Shown here one piece after another: positions 48,261 through 58,786 of a DNA stretch of 64,000 bases. The notes under the pieces were generated by a model. It did not search any database. It saw only the letters and a list, made by a program, of their open reading frames with translations, and was not told the DNA's origin. Every line of letters begins with the position of its first letter. The stretch's first letter is position 1. The stretch spans positions 45,460-109,459 of the forward strand of contig DATJFE010000082.1 of the NCBI GenBank assembly GCA_035495955.1. The letters run 5' to 3'. This DNA is from Vicinamibacterales bacterium (GTDB taxonomy: Bacteria; Acidobacteriota; Vicinamibacteria; Vicinamibacterales; 2-12-FULL-66-21). Both the position numbers and the translations under genes were made by a program.

Positions 48261-51038
48261 TCACGCGGTGGCCGCGACCCGCTCGACCACGAAAGCTTCG
48301 ATGATGTCGCCGACCTTGACGTCGTTGTATTTCTCGAAGCCGATGCCGCACTCGAAGCCCGCCTTCACCTCGGACACGTCGTCCTTGAAGCGGCGGAGCG
48401 AGCCGATCTTGCCCTCGTGGACGACGACGTTGTCGCGAAGCAGGCGCGCCTGCGTGTCGCCCGAGCGCGTGATGCGCCCTTCGGTGACCATGCAGCCGGC
48501 GATGGTGCCGAACTTCGGCACCTTGAAGGTTTCGCGCACTTCGGCGCTGCCGATGCGCACTTCCTTCAGCGTCGGCTCGAGCAGCCCCGTCATCGCCTTC
48601 TTCATCTCGTCGACCACGTTGTAGATGACGGAGTGCAGGCGGATGTCGACCTTGTCGCGGTCGGCCACGTCTGCGGCGTTGCGATCGGGCCGGACGTTGA
48701 AGCCGATGACGATCGCGTTCGACGCCGCAGCGAGCAGGACGTCGGACTCGTTGATCGCGCCGACTCCGCTGTGGATGATCCGGATCTTCACGCGCTCGTC
48801 GCTCATCTTCGTCAGCGTGTCGGCGAGCACCTCGGCCGATCCCTGCACGTCGGCCTTGATGATGATCGGCAGCTCCTTCATGCCGCCTTCCGCGATCTGC
48901 GCCTGCAGCGACTCGAGCGTCAGCCGCGCGCCCTTCGCGCCGAGCGCCTTGTCCTTCGCCTGCATCTGGCGGTACTGGGCGATCTGGCGCGCCTTGGCGG
49001 CGTCGGCGAGCGCCTGGAAGGCGTCGCCCGGCTGCGGCAGGCCGCCGAGGCCCAGCACTTCCACGGGCGTCGCCGGCGGCGCGGCCTTGATCGACTTCCC
49101 CCGGTCGTCGATGATCGCGCGGACCTTGCCGACGATCGTGCCGGCGATGAGCATATCGCCGACGTGGAGCGTGCCGTCCTGGACGAGGATGGTGGCCACC
49201 GGCCCGCGACCCTTGTCGAGCTTTGCTTCGAGCACCGTGCCCGACGCGTTGCGCATCGGGTTCGCCTTCAGCTCGCTCAGCTCGGTCACGAGGAGGATCA
49301 TTTCGAGCAGCGCCGGAATGTTCTCCCGTTTCTTCGCGGACACCGGCACGGTCACGGTCTGGCCGCCCCAGTCTTCCGGCACGAGCCCGAGATCCGACAG
49401 CTCCTTCTTCACGCGATCCTGGTTCGCGTTGGGCTTGTCGATCTTGTTGATCGCGACGACAATCGGGACGCCGGCCGCCTTCGCGTGATCGATCGCCTCT
49501 TTCGTCTGCGGCATCACGCCGTCGTCGGCCGCCACCACGAGGACCACGACGTCGGTGACACGGGCCCCGCGGGCGCGCATCATCGTGAACGCTTCATGGC
49601 CAGGCGTGTCGAGGAAGACCACATTCCGATCGCCGACCTGAACGGCATACGCGCCGATATGCTGGGTGATGCCGCCGGCCTCGCGTTCGGCGACGCGCGT
49701 CTCGCGGATCGCGTCGAGCAGGGTCGTCTTCCCGTGGTCGACGTGTCCCATGACCGTGACGACCGGGGCGCGCGTGACGACGTCCTCCGGCTTGGCGTCC
49801 TCCGCCTCGACCTGCAGCAGTTCCTCCTCGAAGGTCTGCATCTTCACGTCGGCGCCGAACTCGCGCGCGATCATCGATGCCGTGTCGGTGTCGAGCGTGC
49901 TGTTGATGGTCATCATCATCCGCTTGTCCATCAACTTCTTGAGCACGTCCTTCGCCTTCACGTCCAGCTTCGTCGCCAGATCCGAGACCGTCATCCCTTC
50001 GGCGAGGGTAATCGTGCGGGTGACGGGCGGCGGCGGCGCGCTGGTCGGAGGCGGGGGCTGGACGCGCGGCTGTTCGCGGCGCGGTCCCGTCGAGCGCGGG
50101 CCTGACGGACGCGGCGGCGGCGGACGGTAGCCGGGGACCTGCGGCCGTCCGGGTTGCGACGGACGTACGGGCTGCGACGGCAGCGGCCTCGGGCCGCCCA
50201 TCGGCGCCTGCGGACGGGGATAGGCGCCGACGCGCGGAGGTCCGCCAGGGCGCGGCGCGGCCGGTGCGCTCGGCCGCGGCGCAGCGGGCTTGCTCAAGTT
50301 GCCGGTTGCCGCGGGCGGCGGCGACGTCGGCTGCGGCGGACGGACGAGAAGCGGACGCCGCGGAGCCGCCGGCGGCGCCTGTCCCGTTTTCGGATCTTCG
50401 ACGCGCAAACGCAGCGTCGGCGGCACGATGCGGCCGGGCACCGAGATCGGACGCGCAGGAACCGGCGGTGCGGCGGTGGGCGGCGGCGCGACGGGTTCAG
50501 GCATCATCGGCGCGGGACGCTCGACCGGCGCGGGCGCGGGCGGCGCGGCGGCTTCCGCCGGCGCCGCATCGACGGCTGCGGCGGGCCGCGCGGATTCCGG
50601 TTCGGGCGCGGGCGCCGAAGGCGCGGCCGGCGGCGGTGCGACTGCGGCAGGTTCGGGCGTCGGAGCCGGAATCGGCTCCGGCGTGAGAGGCGCGGGCATC
50701 GGCTCCGCGGCAACCGCGGGCTTCGCGGTCTTGACGAGCCGTGGCGCTGGCATCGCCGGGGCGGCAGGCTTCGGAGGCTCCGGCGCCCTGCCGCCGCCCG
50801 GTCTCTTCGCGACGCCGCGCGACGCCGGGCCGGGCGTCTCGGCGAAGGCCGCGCTGGACGGCACCTTCATGTTCCGCTGGCGAGCCTGCTTGGTGACGAA
50901 CTCGCGCGCGACGACCTCTTCGATCGTGCTCGACGCGCTCTTTACCTCGATGCCGTGCTCCTTCTTCAAGAGCGACATGACGTCCTGGCTCGTGAGGTTG
51001 AGCAGCTCCGCGACTTTGTAGATCCGAACTGTTGCCAA
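48261..51038 (-). CDS. infB: Translation initiation factor IF-2
   Basis: TTG start. Long Pro/Ala-rich N-terminal region, G domain [30 protein letters not shown]. Confidence 0.97.
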   Translation of the reverse strand: MATVRIYKVAELLNLTSQDVMSLLKKEHGIEVKSASSTIEEVVAREFVTKQARQRNMKVPSSAAFAETPGPASRGVAKRPGGGRAPEPPKPAAPAMPAPRLVKTAKPAVAAEPMPAPLTPEPIPAPTPEPAAVAPPPAAPSAPAPEPESARPAAAVDAAPAEAAAPPAPAPVERPAPMMPEPVAPPPTAAPPVPARPISVPGRIVPPTLRLRVEDPKTGQAPPAAPRRPLLVRPPQPTSPPPAATGNLSKPAAPRPSAPAAPRPGGPPRVGAYPRPQAPMGGPRPLPSQPVRPSQPGRPQVPGYRPPPPRPSGPRSTGPRREQPRVQPPPPTSAPPPPVTRTITLAEGMTVSDLATKLDVKAKDVLKKLMDKRMMMTINSTLDTDTASMIAREFGADVKMQTFEEELLQVEAEDAKPEDVVTRAPVVTVMGHVDHGKTTLLDAIRETRVAEREAGGITQHIGAYAVQVGDRNVVFLDTPGHEAFTMMRARGARVTDVVVLVVAADDGVMPQTKEAIDHAKAAGVPIVVAINKIDKPNANQDRVKKELSDLGLVPEDWGGQTVTVPVSAKKRENIPALLEMILLVTELSELKANPMRNASGTVLEAKLDKGRGPVATILVQDGTLHVGDMLIAGTIVGKVRAIIDDRGKSIKAAPPATPVEVLGLGGLPQPGDAFQALADAAKARQIAQYRQMQAKDKALGAKGARLTLESLQAQIAEGGMKELPIIIKADVQGSAEVLADTLTKMSDERVKIRIIHSGVGAINESDVLLAAASNAIVIGFNVRPDRNAADVADRDKVDIRLHSVIYNVVDEMKKAMTGLLEPTLKEVRIGSAEVRETFKVPKFGTIAGCMVTEGRITRSGDTQARLLRDNVVVHEGKIGSLRRFKDDVSEVKAGFECGIGFEKYNDVKVGDIIEAFVVERVAATA

Positions 51039-51060
51039 AAAAGACCTCTAAAAAACCGAT

Positions 51061-51159
51061 CAACTACCAATGACCAACTCCCAACTAACTGAAGGCGCCG
51101 AGGTTCAGCATCCGGCCTCCCGAGGCACATGTCCTGGGAGTTGGGAGTTGGAAGCTGGG
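51061..51159. repeat. AACTCCC / GGGAGTT inverted heptad arms in the nusA-infB spacer
   Basis: caactaccaatgaccaactcccaactaac ... cctgggagttgggagttggaagctggg, with a loop of about 45 nt. Confidence 0.7.
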
Positions 51160-51167
51160 CGTCGATC

Positions 51168-52412
51168 CTATTCAGCCTTCGCCGGCTCCGACGCCGCGGT
51201 CAGCTCCGCCGCCTGAACGCCGCTTTCGTCGCTCATCGCCTCGCCGGCGGCGGCCGTCTCCGCCTCGCTCGCCTGCGCCGTCGCGTCTTCGGCTGCCGGC
51301 GACTCGGCGCCCTCGGCCGCGGACGCCGGCTCGCCGGCCCCGATTTCAAGCGCGCCGAATTGCGCTTCGACCTCGCGGCGCTTCTCTTCCTCGCTCTTGA
51401 TGTCGATCTTCCAGCCCGTGAGCTTCGCCGCGAGCCGGACGTTCTGACCCTTCTTGCCGATCGCCAGCGACAACTGCTTGTCCTCGACGACCACCTCCAT
51501 CACCTTCTCGGCATCGTCCACGATCGAGACGCGCTGGACCTTCGCGGGGCTGATGGCGTTGGTGACGAAGAGGACCGGATCCTCCGACCATTCGACGATG
51601 TCGATCTTCTCGCCGCGAAGCTCACGGATGATCGACTGCACGCGCGTGCCCTTCATGCCCACGCAGGCGCCGACGGGATCGACATCGCGCTCGCGCGAGT
51701 AGACCGCCACTTTGGCGCGGTCGCCCGCCTCACGCACGGCCCCGCGGATCATGACGGTGCCGTCGTAAATCTCAGGCACCTCCTGCTCGAACAGCTTGAT
51801 CAGCAGGGCAGGATCCGTGCGCGACAGAACGATCTGGGGTCCCTTCGCGCTGCGGTTGACGCCGCGAATGACGGCGCGGACGCGGTCGCCCACGGCGTAG
51901 TTCTCGGCGCGCGACTGTTCCTTGCGGGGGAGCTGCGCCTCGATGCGCCCCAGTTCCATGATGATGTCGCCGTTCTCGAAGCGCTTGACGACGCCGCTGA
52001 CGACTTCGCCGACGCGGTTGCTGTACTCCGCATAGACGTTCTCCCGCTCGGCCTCGCGGACCTTCTGGAAGATCACCTGCTTTGCCGTCTGCGCGGCGAT
52101 GCGTCCGAGATCCTCGGTAGGACGCGGAAACTCGATCTCCATGTCCACCTCGGCCTCGTCGCCGTAGAGCTGCTGCGCCTCGACCAGCGAGATCTGATTC
52201 GCCGGATCGGTGACGTCTTCGACGATGCGCTTCACGGCACAGAGCTCGATCTGACCGGTCTCGGTGTTGAATCGGGCGCGCAGCGTCTCGTTCTTGTAGC
52301 GCTTCCGGGCGGCCGCCTCGATGGCGTCCTGCACCGCGCCGATGATGATCTCGGGCTCGACGCCCTTTTCCTTCGCGATGGCGTCGATCTGCTGTAACAG
52401 CGGATTCTGCAT
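51168..52412 (-). CDS. nusA: Transcription termination/antitermination factor NusA
   Basis: S1 (GEVVSGVVKRFENGDIIMELG), two KH (DPVGACVGMKGTRVQSI, AIGKKGQNVRLA), acidic C-terminal tail. Confidence 0.95.
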   Translation of the reverse strand: MQNPLLQQIDAIAKEKGVEPEIIIGAVQDAIEAAARKRYKNETLRARFNTETGQIELCAVKRIVEDVTDPANQISLVEAQQLYGDEAEVDMEIEFPRPTEDLGRIAAQTAKQVIFQKVREAERENVYAEYSNRVGEVVSGVVKRFENGDIIMELGRIEAQLPRKEQSRAENYAVGDRVRAVIRGVNRSAKGPQIVLSRTDPALLIKLFEQEVPEIYDGTVMIRGAVREAGDRAKVAVYSRERDVDPVGACVGMKGTRVQSIIRELRGEKIDIVEWSEDPVLFVTNAISPAKVQRVSIVDDAEKVMEVVVEDKQLSLAIGKKGQNVRLAAKLTGWKIDIKSEEEKRREVEAQFGALEIGAGEPASAAEGAESPAAEDATAQASEAETAAAGEAMSDESGVQAAELTAASEPAKAE

Positions 52413-52429
52413 GATTCTTTTACTCTTGC

Positions 52430-52885
52430 CTAAAACTCCACATCGAGGTTGGCGCGCTTGATCGTGTCGAGCGGCACCCGATGCGTCCGTCGTCCTTCTT
52501 CCAATACCACCGCGCCGGCGTCGACGCCCCGGATCCTTCCCGCGAACGCGCTCTGGCGTCCGATCGGCTCGCGCGTCACGATTTTCGCCAGCCGGCCCGC
52601 GAACCGCCTGTAGTCCGCTTCGTGCCGGAGGGGGCGGTCCAGCCCGGGCGACGAAACCTCGAGCGTGTACCGCTCGCCGAGCTCCTGCTGGCCAAACTCG
52701 TCTTCCACGTCGAGCAGGGCGCTGAGGTCGTGGCTCACGCGCTGGCAGTCTTCGATCCCGACGGCGGCCTCCGGCGGCTCGACTCCGCCCGGATCGGGTC
52801 GGTCGATCACGACCCGGAGCACCATCCCAATGGGCTCGCGCCGGAGCTGCACGTCGAAGATCTCGAGCCTATGGCTGCGCGCCAC
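52430..52885 (-). CDS. rimP: Ribosome maturation factor RimP
   Basis: LEVSSPGLDRPL core motif, position upstream of nusA. Confidence 0.85.
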   Translation of the reverse strand: MARSHRLEIFDVQLRREPIGMVLRVVIDRPDPGGVEPPEAAVGIEDCQRVSHDLSALLDVEDEFGQQELGERYTLEVSSPGLDRPLRHEADYRRFAGRLAKIVTREPIGRQSAFAGRIRGVDAGAVVLEEGRRTHRVPLDTIKRANLDVEF

Positions 52886-52945
52886 CCGCTCGGCGGCACC
52901 CCTCAGCCGCGTGAGTTCTTCAATTCGTGCCGTATTCCTGTCCTG

Positions 52946-52973
52946 AAAAACAAAAAGTGGGCAACCGGCCCAC
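52946..52973 (-). terminator. Intrinsic terminator/attenuator in the rimP-nusA leader
   Basis: Minus strand reads gtgggccggttgcccac followed by tttttgttttt. It lies between a TATACT -10 box (53006..53011) and the rimP start. Confidence 0.65.
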
Positions 52974-53005
52974 TGTCTGGAGAACCCCCGCGCCTACCAC
53001 CAAAC

Positions 53006-53011
53006 AGTATA
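53006..53011 (-). promoter_or_regulatory. TATACT -10 box of the rimP-nusA-infB operon promoter candidate
   Basis: Minus strand reads gatgcgcTATACTgtttgg. The -35 is unclear. Confidence 0.4.
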
Positions 53012-53085
53012 GCGCATCTTTTGGCTGAAGGCGGAAGCTCGAGTGGATGAGGTCGGTCCGCCGTTCGCGCATGTGGCTTCCGTCT

Positions 53086-54477
53086 TCAAGCGGAAGGAGT
53101 GACGAGCAGATCGTAGCCCCGCGCCCCAACGATGCGCGCGCGGATGAGGTCGCCGCTGCTGAACTGCGACGGGTCGCAATCGGTCAGATAGACGACGGGA
53201 TCGATGTCGGGCGCCTGTCCTTCGAGCCGCCCCTGCAACACCAGATCGTGCTCGGCGGACGGACCGTCGACCAGGACGTCGACGTCCGTGCCGACCCGGC
53301 CCTTCTGCCGTCTGGCGACGATCCGCTGCTGCCGCTTCATGATGCGATCGCGGCGGCGCCGCTTCACTGCGGCGGGAACGTCATCTTTCACCTGGTACGC
53401 CCGGGTCCCTTCCTCGTGCGAATACGTGAATACGCCGACATGATCGAACTGCGTGTCTTCGACGAACCGCTCCAGCTCGCCGAACTCCTCCTCGGTCTCG
53501 CCGGGGAAGCCGGCGATGAAGGTGGTGCGCAGCGTCACGCCAGGCACGCGGTCGCGGATGCGCGCCAGGAGCGCATCGTACGTCTTGCGGCTGCCCGGCC
53601 GCCGCATCCGTTTGAGAACGGCCGCCGAGGCGTGCTGCAGCGGCAGGTCGACGTAGCGGCAGACCTTCTCGCATTCCGCCATCGCCGAGAGCACGTCATC
53701 GGTGATGGTGGTCGGATACAGATAGAGCAGGCGAATCCATTCGAGGCCGTCGACGCCGTTCAATTCGCGCAGGAGCGCGGCCAACGCGCCTCGCTCACCC
53801 CGATCGATGCCGAAGAACGTCGTGTCCTGAGAGATGAGGAGAAGCTCCTTCGTTCCGCGCTCGGCGAGCGCGCGGGCTTCGGCCACAATCGATTGCCGCG
53901 TGCGGCTGCGATACTCTCCGCGCAGCGTCGGGATGATGCAGAACGCGCAGGTGTAGTCGCAGCCTTCTGCGATCTTGACGTAGGCGAAGTGCTGCGGCGT
54001 GGTGAGCACGCGCGGCGTCGACGTGTCGTAGAGGTAAGTGGGGAGGGGTCGGGTAGCGGATTTCGGGTGTCGGATGAATCTCATTGGAACGGCATCCAAC
54101 ACCCGATCCCCGACACCCGACCCCTGACACCCGACACCCGATATCGCTTCTACGATGCCCGGAATCTCGCCCGTTCCCAGGATCGCGTCGATCTCCGGGA
54201 TCTCCTTGATCAGTTCCTCGCGATACCGCTCCGCCAGACAGCCGGTCACGACCAGGCGCGACGCGCTGCCGTCGCGTTTCTGCTGCGCCATTTCGAGGAT
54301 GGCGTCGATCGATTCCTGCTTGGCGCGGTCGATGAAGGCACAGGTGTTGACGACGAGCACGTCGGCGTCCTCCGCCGCGGCGGTGATCTCGTGACCCGCC
54401 TGCCGGGCGTATCCCAGCATCACTTCGCCGTCGACGAGGTTCTTCGGACAGCCCAGCGAGACGAAACCTATCTTCAT
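53086..54477 (-). CDS. rimO: Ribosomal protein S12 methylthiotransferase RimO
   Basis: [18 protein letters not shown], radical-SAM CDYTCAFCIIP, C-terminal TRAM domain. The start overlaps the asnS stop by 1 nt (TAATG). Confidence 0.9.
   Translation of the reverse strand: MKIGFVSLGCPKNLVDGEVMLGYARQAGHEITAAAEDADVLVVNTCAFIDRAKQESIDAILEMAQQKRDGSASRLVVTGCLAERYREELIKEIPEIDAILGTGEIPGIVEAISGVGCQGSGVGDRVLDAVPMRFIRHPKSATRPLPTYLYDTSTPRVLTTPQHFAYVKIAEGCDYTCAFCIIPTLRGEYRSRTRQSIVAEARALAERGTKELLLISQDTTFFGIDRGERGALAALLRELNGVDGLEWIRLLYLYPTTITDDVLSAMAECEKVCRYVDLPLQHASAAVLKRMRRPGSRKTYDALLARIRDRVPGVTLRTTFIAGFPGETEEEFGELERFVEDTQFDHVGVFTYSHEEGTRAYQVKDDVPAAVKRRRRDRIMKRQQRIVARRQKGRVGTDVDVLVDGPSAEHDLVLQGRLEGQAPDIDPVVYLTDCDPSQFSSGDLIRARIVGARGYDLLVTPSA
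54062..54142. repeat. CACCCGA/TCGGGTG heptad hairpin plus direct array lying in frame inside rimO
   Basis: tcgggtgtcggatg (54063..) pairs with catccaacacccga (54093..). This is followed by tccccgacacccgacccctgacacccgacacccgata. It encodes SGVGCQGSGVGDRVLDAVPMRFIRHPK in the linker between the MTTase N-domain and the radical-SAM domain. Confidence 0.8.
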
Positions 54478-55775
54478 TACGGATACATCCGGTAGAGCAT
54501 CCGTGGATACGGGATCGCTTCCCGCAGATGCTCGAGTCCGCAGATCCAACTGACGGCGCGCTCGATGCCCATGCCGAAGCCGCCGTGGGGCACCGTGCCG
54601 TAGCGGCGCAGGTCGAGATACCACTCGAAGGCTTCCTGCGGCAGATTGTGCTCCTTGATCCGCGCAAGCAGCAGATCGAGATCCGAGATGCGTTCGCCGC
54701 CGCCGATGATCTCGCCGTAGCCCTCGGGCGCGAGCACGTCGACGCCCAGCGCCACCTCGGGGCGCTGAGGGTCCGGCTTCATGTAGAACGCCTTCACCTT
54801 GGACGGATACCGGTGGACGCAGATCGGCCGGTCGAATTCCTCGGACAGCGCGGTTTCATCCGGCGCGCCGAAGTCGCCGCCCCACTCGAACGGCAACCCT
54901 TTCTTCTTCAGGATCTCGACCGCCTCGTCGTACGACACGCGCGGAAACGGCGCCTGGACTTTCTCGAGCTTCGACGTATCGCGCTCGAGGACCTCCAGCT
55001 CGTGCTTCCGCTTGTCGAGCGCGCGTCCCACGATGGAGGTGATGAGCCCTTCGGCCAGCTCCATGACGTCGTCCAGCGTGGCGAACGCCATTTCGGGCTC
55101 CACCATCCAGAACTCGGTGAGGTGCCGGCGCGTCTTCGATTTTTCCGCGCGGAACGTCGGCCCGAAGGCGTACACGCGGCCCAGCGCCATCGCGTTGGCT
55201 TCGTTGTAGAGCTGCCCGCTCTGAGTCAGATACGCCGTGGTGTCGTCGAAGTACTGCACCGGAAACAGCGTCGTCGTGCCTTCGCAGGCCGCCGGGGTGA
55301 AGATCGGCGTGTCAGCCAGGATGAAGCCGCGGCCGTTGAAGAAGTCCCGGACCGCGTTGATGACCTCGTGCCGCACGCGGAGGATCGCCTGCTGCCGCTG
55401 CGATCGGATCCAGAGATGCCGGCGGTCCATGAGGTAGTCGACGCCGTGCTCTTTCGGCGTGATCGGATAGTCCCTGGCCTCCGAGACGATCTCCAGACCG
55501 CTGACGTCGACTTCGTAGCCGCCAGGCGCGCGCGCGTCGGCGCGGGCGACGCCCTCGATGATGAGCGCGCTCTCCTGCGCGAGATGATCGGCGCGCTTGA
55601 ACATCTCCTCGCCCACGGCCTGCTTCGACATCACGCACTGGATGAACCCGGTGCCGTCCCGGACGGTCAGGAAATGGATCTTGCCGCTCGATCGCCGGTT
55701 GTGGAGCCACCCTCGGAGCCGGACCGGCTGTCCTGCATGCGCCGCGATGTCTTCGATGTAGACGATAGGTGTCAT
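54477..55775 (-). CDS. asnS: Asparagine--tRNA ligase
   Basis: [24 protein letters not shown] (AsnRS-type motif 2 region), [28 protein letters not shown]. Confidence 0.85.
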   Translation of the reverse strand: MTPIVYIEDIAAHAGQPVRLRGWLHNRRSSGKIHFLTVRDGTGFIQCVMSKQAVGEEMFKRADHLAQESALIIEGVARADARAPGGYEVDVSGLEIVSEARDYPITPKEHGVDYLMDRRHLWIRSQRQQAILRVRHEVINAVRDFFNGRGFILADTPIFTPAACEGTTTLFPVQYFDDTTAYLTQSGQLYNEANAMALGRVYAFGPTFRAEKSKTRRHLTEFWMVEPEMAFATLDDVMELAEGLITSIVGRALDKRKHELEVLERDTSKLEKVQAPFPRVSYDEAVEILKKKGLPFEWGGDFGAPDETALSEEFDRPICVHRYPSKVKAFYMKPDPQRPEVALGVDVLAPEGYGEIIGGGERISDLDLLLARIKEHNLPQEAFEWYLDLRRYGTVPHGGFGMGIERAVSWICGLEHLREAIPYPRMLYRMYP

Positions 55776-55788
55776 CTTCGGCCTGCAG

Positions 55789-56622
55789 CTAGAACGCGAG
55801 CAGCTTCTCGAAGCGGAGGCGCGCGGCGCGCGCCTTCTCGAGCACGTCCGCCGGCGAGCTCGTGTTCGCCACTTCCATCAGGTACGTGCCGTCGTAGCCG
55901 ATCTTCTGCAGCGTCATGAGCGCGATCTCCCAGTCGATCCGCCCCTCGAACGGCACGAGATGATCGTCCTTCTTCCCGGCGTTGTCGTGCAGGTGCGTCG
56001 TGATGAGGTGCTCGGCCACCATCTCGATCGTGTCCGCGACGTCGCCCATGAGGAACGCGTGCCCGACGTCGAGGCAGATGCCCGTGCGCGGCGCGTCCAG
56101 ATCCTGTTCGAGGAGCGCCACGAGCGACGCGGCGTTCGACAGCGGGTTCGGGATCAGCTCGATCGCGACGCGGATGCCGATCGGCTCGGCAAGCCGGCAG
56201 ATCTCTTCCGCGCTGCGAAACGCCGCGGCGCGATTGTTCTCGCCCCCCTGCGCCGTCGGCGTGCCGAGGTGCACGACGAAGACCTCCGCGGGGATCTGCC
56301 GCGCGATCTCGAGCGCTGCGTGCGCTTCCTGCACCGCGGTCTGCCGCTTCGCGTTGTCGCTGACGGCGTTCGAGATGACCTCGCCCCATTCGTCGCCGGG
56401 CGACAGACGATCCGTGATGGGCGCGTGGATGCCGTGCAGCGCCAGGCCCGTGTCGCGCAGCCACTCTCCGAGCCGGGCGATGGCGCCGGGATCGTGGTAG
56501 TCGAAGTGGCTTCGCGTCGCGAACACCTCGACGGCCTCGAACCCGTATGCGGCGATCTCGGCCAGGTGCTCGCGACCGAGCCGCTGATCGTGGTACAGGT
56601 GCGTGGAGATGCCGAATCGCAT
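55789..56622 (-). CDS. Sugar phosphate isomerase/epimerase (xylose isomerase-like TIM barrel)
   Basis: [10 protein letters not shown]...YGFEAVEVF...VVHLG...IELIPN...CLDVGHAF pattern. Confidence 0.7.
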   Translation of the reverse strand: MRFGISTHLYHDQRLGREHLAEIAAYGFEAVEVFATRSHFDYHDPGAIARLGEWLRDTGLALHGIHAPITDRLSPGDEWGEVISNAVSDNAKRQTAVQEAHAALEIARQIPAEVFVVHLGTPTAQGGENNRAAAFRSAEEICRLAEPIGIRVAIELIPNPLSNAASLVALLEQDLDAPRTGICLDVGHAFLMGDVADTIEMVAEHLITTHLHDNAGKKDDHLVPFEGRIDWEIALMTLQKIGYDGTYLMEVANTSSPADVLEKARAARLRFEKLLAF

Positions 56623-56677
56623 ATGTCCGCTGAAACACGTGATGCCGAACTACTCATTCTAGCATCGCCTCGCATCA

Positions 56678-57712
56678 CTAGCGGAATTCCTCGACGTAGG
56701 CGGCGAGCTCCTCCCGCAGTCGGTCGAACCGCGGCTGCTGATCGAGGTTGTTCCGCACGTATCTCAGCGTGCGCGGGATGTACTGAATGTAGACGGGGTT
56801 TCGCCGCGCGGTGGTCTGATACCCGAACGTGCCGAGCGCTTTCAGATTGCGCTGCAGCGCCATCACGTCGAAGCGGCGGCGGAACGCGGTGGCCGACTCC
56901 GGTGACGGCGGCCCGGGCACGGCTTTGACCGCCAGAAAGTAGGCAATCAGCTCCTCGACGGTCTGTTCGGGCAGATCGACGTAGGAATCGCGGAGCAGCG
57001 ACACGAGATCGTAGGTGTCGGGCCCCATGCGCGCGTCCTGGAAATCGATGATGTAGAGGCGCGAGTCGCTCAGCATCAGATTGCGGCTGTGATAATCCCG
57101 GTGGCAGAGCACGCGCGGCTCCGACGCCAGCTCCTGCACGATCGCCGCGAACTCGCCGCGCAGGCTCGCGCGCTGCTCGTCGGTCAGCGTCACGCCGCGG
57201 TAGGCCTCGAGGAAATGCTTCGTAAAGAAGTCCAGCTCCCATGTGAGCTTCTCGACGTCGAACGAGATGCCGTAGGGGAGATACTCGGAGGAGGCGAGTT
57301 GCTCGCCCCGACGTTGAAGCGTGGCGATCAGGGCGACCGCCTCGCGGTAGAGCGCGGCGTGCTCCGCCGGGCTGGCCGCGCCCAGATGCGCCTGCAGCGT
57401 CACGTCGCCGAGATCCTGCAGCGCCAGGATGCCGAGATCGTCGGCATGGCCGATGACTTCGGGGATCGGCACGGGCATCTGCGACAGCAGCTTCGCGACG
57501 TTGACAAAGGGCAGCGTACTCACGTCGAAGGCCGCCGAATAGAGCGAGAGCACGATCGACGGTGCGCTGGGCATCAGGATTCGGAAGTAGCGCCGGTCGG
57601 ACGCGTCGCCGGTGAGCGGGACGACGCGCGGCTTCCGCGCCGCGAGCCCGCTCCGGCCCAGATAGCCCTGGATGCGCTCCCGCGCGGTGTCGGCCGCCTG
57701 TCTTTTGTCCAT
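56678..57712 (-). CDS. Aminoglycoside-phosphotransferase-fold kinase (COG3178-like; AmgK-like anomeric sugar kinase candidate)
   Basis: LCHRDYHSRNLML (HxDxxxxN catalytic loop), IIDFQDAR (DFQ metal-binding motif). Confidence 0.6.
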   Translation of the reverse strand: MDKRQAADTARERIQGYLGRSGLAARKPRVVPLTGDASDRRYFRILMPSAPSIVLSLYSAAFDVSTLPFVNVAKLLSQMPVPIPEVIGHADDLGILALQDLGDVTLQAHLGAASPAEHAALYREAVALIATLQRRGEQLASSEYLPYGISFDVEKLTWELDFFTKHFLEAYRGVTLTDEQRASLRGEFAAIVQELASEPRVLCHRDYHSRNLMLSDSRLYIIDFQDARMGPDTYDLVSLLRDSYVDLPEQTVEELIAYFLAVKAVPGPPSPESATAFRRRFDVMALQRNLKALGTFGYQTTARRNPVYIQYIPRTLRYVRNNLDQQPRFDRLREELAAYVEEFR

Positions 57713-57851
57713 ATTGTTGCCGGGGGGCTTCGCCCCGCCGGACCCCCCTACACGCTCACGCGCTCGCCGCTCCGCCGGCTCGCTCCGTTCGCGTGGCGCG
57801 TCGCGGCGCTCGCGCGCGATATAGCCGGGGGGCGTCGCCGGTCAACACGCT

Positions 57852-58784
57852 TCATCCTAACGGTTGCACTACCAGCGTGTCAGCCGCTCGGACGATCGCG
57901 CAGCGGCGGTAGCGCGCACCCGCGGGAATGGTGACTCCGTCGGCGATCACGCATTCGTCGATCTCGGCGCCGGCGCCGACGGTCACCTCGTCCCACAGCA
58001 CCGAACGCGTCACACGCGCTGAGGGATCGAGGTGGACGCCGTGTCCCCAGCGCGGGCGGTCCGGCCGGCCGTCGGCGGCGGCCAGCTCGAGCGACGTCTT
58101 CAGCAGATCCGCGGGCGTTCCGATGTCGTAAAACGCGCAGTCGGCGACGAATCCTCTCACCGACCCCGGCCGCGCCGCCATCAGCTTCGGATAGATCTCC
58201 AGCACCGACTCTGCTGGAACGCCGTCCGCGAGCGGCGAAAACGCGTCGGCCTCGACCACCTGCGGCCCGATGAAGTGGAAAGACGGTCCGGCATGCCCGC
58301 GGCGCGTGAACCCCGTCACACCGCGGTCGCCATCGAGCAGCACGCCGCCGTACTTGTCAGGATTCGGATTCGGGATGAGCGCCATCGTCACCAGCGCGCC
58401 GGAGCCGCGGTGCTGATCGATCATCGCCGCCAGAGGGACGTCGGCGAGTGTGTCTCCGTTCACCAGGAGAAAGGTCCGCTCGGCGCCGCGATCGAGGATG
58501 AGCGGCAGGGCATGCCTCGGCCCGCCGGCGGAGCCGAGGATCGGCGACTCCCAGGAGTAGCGGACGCGGACCCCGAGGTCGGCGCCGTCGCCGACCACCG
58601 CGGCGATCGACTCGGGGCGGTGATGAAGATTGAGAACGAGGTCGCTCACGCCGTGCGAAGCGAGCCAGCGGATCGTCCGGCGTGCCAGCGGCTCCCCGTC
58701 GACCGGAGCGGCTGCCTTCGCCCTCGCGAGCGTCAACGGCTGCAGCCGCGTGCCCAGCCCCGCGGTGAGAGCGAGCGCGCGCAA
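57852..58784 (-). CDS. Sugar-1-phosphate nucleotidyltransferase with C-terminal left-handed beta-helix
   Basis: ALALTAGLGTRLQPLTLARAKAAAPV (GxGTRL motif), SWESPILGSAGG. A TTG start at 58784 is assumed. The track ORF extension to 59189 overlaps the CYTH gene. Confidence 0.65.
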   Translation of the reverse strand: MRALALTAGLGTRLQPLTLARAKAAAPVDGEPLARRTIRWLASHGVSDLVLNLHHRPESIAAVVGDGADLGVRVRYSWESPILGSAGGPRHALPLILDRGAERTFLLVNGDTLADVPLAAMIDQHRGSGALVTMALIPNPNPDKYGGVLLDGDRGVTGFTRRGHAGPSFHFIGPQVVEADAFSPLADGVPAESVLEIYPKLMAARPGSVRGFVADCAFYDIGTPADLLKTSLELAAADGRPDRPRWGHGVHLDPSARVTRSVLWDEVTVGAGAEIDECVIADGVTIPAGARYRRCAIVRAADTLVVQPLG

Positions 58785-58786
58785 GC

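Noticed and set aside
43185-50105. Plus-strand ORFs 43185..45398, 45760..47577 and 48186..50105
   Set aside because: They run antisense to pnp, truB/nrnA and infB respectively, so they are shadow ORFs.
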